This document shows positions 60,359 through 64,000 of a stretch of DNA of 64,000 nucleotides, piece by piece. Position numbers and translations under genes: made by a program. Numbering within the stretch: position 1 is the stretch's first letter; each line of letters begins with the position of its first letter. Location: positions 26,081 to 90,080 of the forward strand of contig DASRDZ010000072.1 in assembly GCA_035652335.1 (NCBI GenBank). The letters are read 5' to 3'. The notes beneath the pieces are model-generated. The model was not told the DNA's origin and made no database searches. It worked only from the letters and a program-made list of their open reading frames with translations. The DNA is from Candidatus Dormiibacterota bacterium. GTDB taxonomy: Bacteria > Chloroflexota > Dormibacteria > Aeolococcales > Aeolococcaceae.

Positions 60359-62200
60359 ATGACCGCCATCACCCAGGTCGCCGACCACGGCTCGCCGCAG
60401 GAGTGGTTGTTCGTCGCCGTCCCCCTCCTCGTGCTGCTCGCCGCGCTGCTGCAGCTCTGGCGCACGGGCACGCCTCGCCGGCAGCTGCCGCGGCTCCCCC
60501 TGGCCCGCGGCCTGTCGCGGATGGCCGCCTCTCTCGAGCGCCTCAGCGGCCTGCCCGCCTGGTGCGCCGGCGGCTGGCTGGTGGCGATGTGGTCGCTGGT
60601 CGTCGCCGTCGTCGGCTTCTTCTGGGATGTCGCCTGGCACATCGACTTCGGCCGCGACATCGAGCTCTTCACCGTCCCGCACACGCTGATCATCACCGGC
60701 CTCCTCGGCCTCGGGGTCGCCGGCCTCTTCTCCATCGGCCTGGCCACCGTCGAAGGGGCGCCGACCGCGTGGCGCCTCGGCCGGCTGCGCATCCCGCGGG
60801 GCGCGCTGGTGCTCGGCGTCCTCAGCGCCGGCGCCTCGCTCGGCTTCCCGCTCGACGACCTCTGGCACGCCACCTACGGCGTCGACGTGACCATGTGGGG
60901 CCCCACCCACCTGATGATGATCGGCGGCGCCTCGCTGGCCCCGCTCGCCATCTGGCTGCTGGCCACCGAGGCCGGGCCCGGCGCGGGCAGGCCGTGGGTG
61001 CATCGCCACATGCGCCGCCCGCTGGCCGGCGCGGTGGTGATCGGGCTGAGCACCTTCCAGCTCGAGTTCGACATGGGCGTGCCGCAGTGGCAGGCCCTGT
61101 ACCAGCCGGTGCTCATCGTGCTGGCCACCTCGATCGCGCTGGTGGCCGCGCGCGCCGCCTTCGGGCGCGGCTGGGCGTTGCTCACCGCGGCCAACTTCCT
61201 CGTCTCCCGCGCCGCCCTGGCCCTGCTGGTCGGGCCGGCGCTGGGGCACGTCGTGCCGCGGTTCCCGCTGTACCTCGGCATCGCGCTCGTCATCGAGGCC
61301 GGGTTCCTGCTGGTGCGCCGGTGGGGAACGCTGCGCGCTGCGCTTGGCCTCGGGGTCCTGATCAGCACGGTGGGCCTGGCGAGCGAGTGGGGTTTCAGCC
61401 AGCTCTGGGGGCGCCATCCCTGGCAGGCGGCGATGCTGCCGCGCCTCTGGGTGGCGGTGCTCGCCGGCCTGGGCGGCGCGGTGCTCGGCGTGGCCCTCGG
61501 CAACGTGGTCGCCCATCGTCGCGCCGGAGTGTCGCGAACCGTCGTGCTCGGCGCCTTCGCGCTCGTGATCGCCAGCCTGGTGATCCCCGTCGCGCGCACC
61601 ACCACACCGATGACGGCCGTGATGCGCACCTCGCCCGCCGGGCCGCGGCTTCCCGCCCTGACTCGCGACGGGCTTCCCTCGCCGTACCAGGCGATGAACG
61701 TCGACCTGGTGGTGTCGCCGGCCGACGTCGCCGAGGGCGCCGACTGGTTCGAGCTCAACTCCTGGCAGGGCGGCGCCTCGGAGCAGACGCCGCTGGTTCA
61801 GGTCGGTCCTGGCCATTACCGCAGCGCTCACCCCGTGCCCACGGGCGGGACGTGGAAGACGCTCGTCTGGATGGCCAAGGGACCGGTGATGATGGCCACC
61901 GCGGTGTCCTTCCCGCTCGACCTCGTCTACGCGCAGCCGCCGGTGACGCCCAGGCCGGTGCAGACCGTGCACTTCGCGGCATCGAGCACGTGGCTGCTGC
62001 GCGAGACGCACGGTGGCGCGACCTGGCCCGCGGTGCTCGCCTACACCGGGCTGTTCGGCGTGGTGGCGGTGTGGATCGTGCTCCTGGTGATCGGGTTCGC
62101 CTCGGTGGCCAGGAGCGGCGGCGTGGTGCTGCGCGGACGGCGCAACGCAGCGGACGCGCTGCCCGCGCTCCGCACCGCGGAGGAGGCGTCGGCACTGTAG
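60359..62200 (+). CDS. Large polytopic membrane protein of unknown function
   Basis: Start placed at ATG 60359 after GGAG (MTAITQV). Many hydrophobic helices are followed by a non-hydrophobic domain of about 150 aa and a final TM helix. I recognise no family. Confidence 0.75.
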   Translation: MTAITQVADHGSPQEWLFVAVPLLVLLAALLQLWRTGTPRRQLPRLPLARGLSRMAASLERLSGLPAWCAGGWLVAMWSLVVAVVGFFWDVAWHIDFGRDIELFTVPHTLIITGLLGLGVAGLFSIGLATVEGAPTAWRLGRLRIPRGALVLGVLSAGASLGFPLDDLWHATYGVDVTMWGPTHLMMIGGASLAPLAIWLLATEAGPGAGRPWVHRHMRRPLAGAVVIGLSTFQLEFDMGVPQWQALYQPVLIVLATSIALVAARAAFGRGWALLTAANFLVSRAALALLVGPALGHVVPRFPLYLGIALVIEAGFLLVRRWGTLRAALGLGVLISTVGLASEWGFSQLWGRHPWQAAMLPRLWVAVLAGLGGAVLGVALGNVVAHRRAGVSRTVVLGAFALVIASLVIPVARTTTPMTAVMRTSPAGPRLPALTRDGLPSPYQAMNVDLVVSPADVAEGADWFELNSWQGGASEQTPLVQVGPGHYRSAHPVPTGGTWKTLVWMAKGPVMMATAVSFPLDLVYAQPPVTPRPVQTVHFAASSTWLLRETHGGATWPAVLAYTGLFGVVAVWIVLLVIGFASVARSGGVVLRGRRNAADALPALRTAEEASAL

Positions 62201-62237
62201 TCGCGCGCAGCGGCGCATCCGCGGCTACCATCCGCGC

Positions 62238-63788
62238 ATGCCGGAGCCCGCCGCGGGCGCACCGCGACTCGCCGAAGGCGTCGCCGCCCTCTCGCTCGCC
62301 ACCGACATGGGGACCGGCAAGGACGTGGGGCGCAGCCTGCGCATCGCGCTGCTGGCGCTGCACCTCGGCACGCGCCTCGGGCTCAGCGAGGACGAGCGCA
62401 GCGCCGCGATGTACGGCTCCCTCCTGGCCATGCTCGGCTGCACTGCGGAGAGCAGCACCGGCGCACTCATCTTCGGCGACGAGATCGCCTTCGGCGCGCA
62501 GTACGCCCCGCTCGTCAACGCGCCGCGCCGGGAGATGATGGGCTGGATCCTTCGCCACTTCGCCGAGGACGAGCGCTTCGCCCGGCGCCTGCGCCGCCTG
62601 GCGACGATGATGACGGCGGGTCGCGTGTTCTTCGCCACCGTGAGCCAGGGACATTGCGAGGTCGCCCGGCGGCTCGCCGGCCGCATCGGCGTCGACGCGC
62701 AGGTCGGCGAGCTGCTCGGCGCGGTGTTCGAGCGCTGGGACGGCACGGGCGCGCCGCGCGCACTGCGCGGTGACGCGCTGCCCCTGCCGGTGCGCATCGG
62801 CCACGTCTGCTGGGACGTCGACACCTTCGGCGCGGCCGGCGGCCGCGACGCCTGGACCGCGCTGCTGCGCCGGCGCTCCGGCGTGACCCTCGATCCGCTG
62901 GTGGTCGAGGCTGCGCTCGCCGACCCCGACGGCGTCGACGCCTGCCTCGCCGAGCCGTCGCCGTGGGACGCCCTCCTCGCCGCCGAGCCCCAGCCGTGGC
63001 GCCGCTCCACCGGCGCCGACGCCCTGGCCTCGGTGATCGCGGACTTCGTCGACCTCAAGTTCGACCGCCTGGCGGGGCACTCGCGCGCCGTCGCCGCCCT
63101 CGCCGGCGCTGCCGCGGCGCAGCTGGGCCTGGACTCCTCGCGCGTCGACTCGGTGCGCCGCGCCGGACTGGTGCACGACCTCGGCCGCGTCGCCGTCAGC
63201 GCCTCCGTCTGGGACAAGCCCGGCCCGCTCAGCGACGGCGAGTGGGAGTCGGTGCGGCTGCATGCGTACCACGCCGAGCGCATCCTCGGGCGGACCTCGC
63301 TGCTCGCCGAGGAGGCCGCCCTCGCCGCCATGCACCACGAGCGCTGCGACGGCAGCGGCTACCACCGTGGCTGCGAGGCTGCCTCGCTGCCCCTGCCCGC
63401 GCGGGTCCTCGCCGCCGCCGACGCCTTCGCCGGCATGACCGAGCCGCGCGCGCACCGCCCGGCCATGGACGCGGCCGAGGCGGCGCGGACCCTCGCCGCT
63501 GAGGCACGCGCCGGCCGCCTCGACCCCGACGCCGTCGAGGCGGTGGTGCAGTGCGCCGGCGAGAGCGCCCGGGTGGAGCGGCCCGCCCCTCCCGCCGGGT
63601 TGAGTGAGCGGGAGGTCGAGGTGCTGCGACTGCTGGCGCGCGGCATGGCCACCAAGCAGGTGGGCAGCGCTCTCGGCATCTCCGCCAAGACCGCCGACCA
63701 CCACGTGCAGAGCGCCTACCGCAAGATCGGCGTGGCCACTCGGGCGGGAGCCGCGGTCTTCGCCATGGAGCACGGGCTGCTCAGCTGA
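62238..63788 (+). CDS. HD-GYP-like phosphohydrolase domain(s) fused to LuxR/GerE-type HTH
   Basis: The HD block (GLVHDLGRV) and HHERCDGSGYHRG are present. The C-terminal LSEREVEVLRLLARGMATKQVGSALGISAKTADHHVQSAYRKIGV is a LuxR-type HTH. Confidence 0.85.
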   Translation: MPEPAAGAPRLAEGVAALSLATDMGTGKDVGRSLRIALLALHLGTRLGLSEDERSAAMYGSLLAMLGCTAESSTGALIFGDEIAFGAQYAPLVNAPRREMMGWILRHFAEDERFARRLRRLATMMTAGRVFFATVSQGHCEVARRLAGRIGVDAQVGELLGAVFERWDGTGAPRALRGDALPLPVRIGHVCWDVDTFGAAGGRDAWTALLRRRSGVTLDPLVVEAALADPDGVDACLAEPSPWDALLAAEPQPWRRSTGADALASVIADFVDLKFDRLAGHSRAVAALAGAAAAQLGLDSSRVDSVRRAGLVHDLGRVAVSASVWDKPGPLSDGEWESVRLHAYHAERILGRTSLLAEEAALAAMHHERCDGSGYHRGCEAASLPLPARVLAAADAFAGMTEPRAHRPAMDAAEAARTLAAEARAGRLDPDAVEAVVQCAGESARVERPAPPAGLSEREVEVLRLLARGMATKQVGSALGISAKTADHHVQSAYRKIGVATRAGAAVFAMEHGLLS

Positions 63789-63907
63789 CCGCTCGGTCCA
63801 GATCGGATGGCGGTGGGGAGGATTCCCCATTGGCGCGGGCGGCCGGCGCCCCCAGACTGCGCCTCGCGCCCGCCCGGCGGCGCAGCAGGCTCACAGGGGA
63901 CACAGCC

Positions 63908-64000
63908 ATGACCGACGCCAAGACACTGGTCCGCGAGATGTTCGAGGACGTCATCAACAACGGCAACGTCGACAACCTGGAGAGGTACTTCCACCCCGAC
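63908..64000 (+). CDS. SnoaL-like / ester cyclase family protein, 3'-partial
   Basis: ATG 63908 opens MTDAKTLVREMFEDVINNGNVDNLERYFHPD, which resembles N-termini of predicted ester cyclases. The gene runs off the window. Confidence 0.5.
   Translation, partial: MTDAKTLVREMFEDVINNGNVDNLERYFHPD

Noticed and set aside
60338-63830. Minus-strand ORFs 60338..62218 (626 aa) and 61755..63830 (691 aa)
   Set aside because: They are antisense to the polytopic membrane protein and the HD-GYP/LuxR gene. They are extremely Arg/Gly/Ala/His-rich and cross gene boundaries.

Overview
Very GC-rich bacterial chromosomal segment with strong G/C at third codon positions. It is packed with conserved housekeeping operons, mostly on the minus strand. 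These are the complete F1Fo ATP synthase operon (atpZ-I-B-E-F-H-A-G-D-C), a WecA-like transferase, glyA-tsaC-prmC, prfA, rpmE, glpX, pyrG, UPF0182, uvrA, clpC, rpsA, clpS-DUF2017, nadB-nadC fused to panB-C-D, ftsH-tilS, mtnA and lhr-nei. Gene content and synteny (lhr-nei, clpS-DUF2017, UPF0182, DUF2520-panBCD) resemble Actinomycetota-like Terrabacteria. I saw no rRNA, tRNA, CRISPR array, transposase, integrase or prophage genes, and I cannot point to a convincing new multi-gene system. All family names come from motif recognition in the supplied translations, because no searches could be run. The structure not explained by genes is: (1) a family of about 100 nt multi-hairpin intergenic repeats (5 copies, one a 99 bp tandem pair) with conserved loops and base-pair-preserving stem changes; (2) a five-unit array of about 19 bp repeats bracketed by 29 bp direct repeats upstream of the atp operon; (3) a 15-mer shared by the pyrG and rpsA upstream regions, with a repeat copy inserted at rpsA. 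Protein-level oddities include adjacent catalytically degenerate HtrA-like and MBL-fold homologs. There is also an ECF sigma factor fused to a membrane anchor and Cys-rich tail, next to a MerR/membrane-protein/HD-GYP-LuxR neighbourhood. A radical SAM gene sits between two peptidases, and a BNR protein carries a non-canonical sortase-like C-terminal signal. The many very long antisense ORFs are treated as high-GC artefacts.
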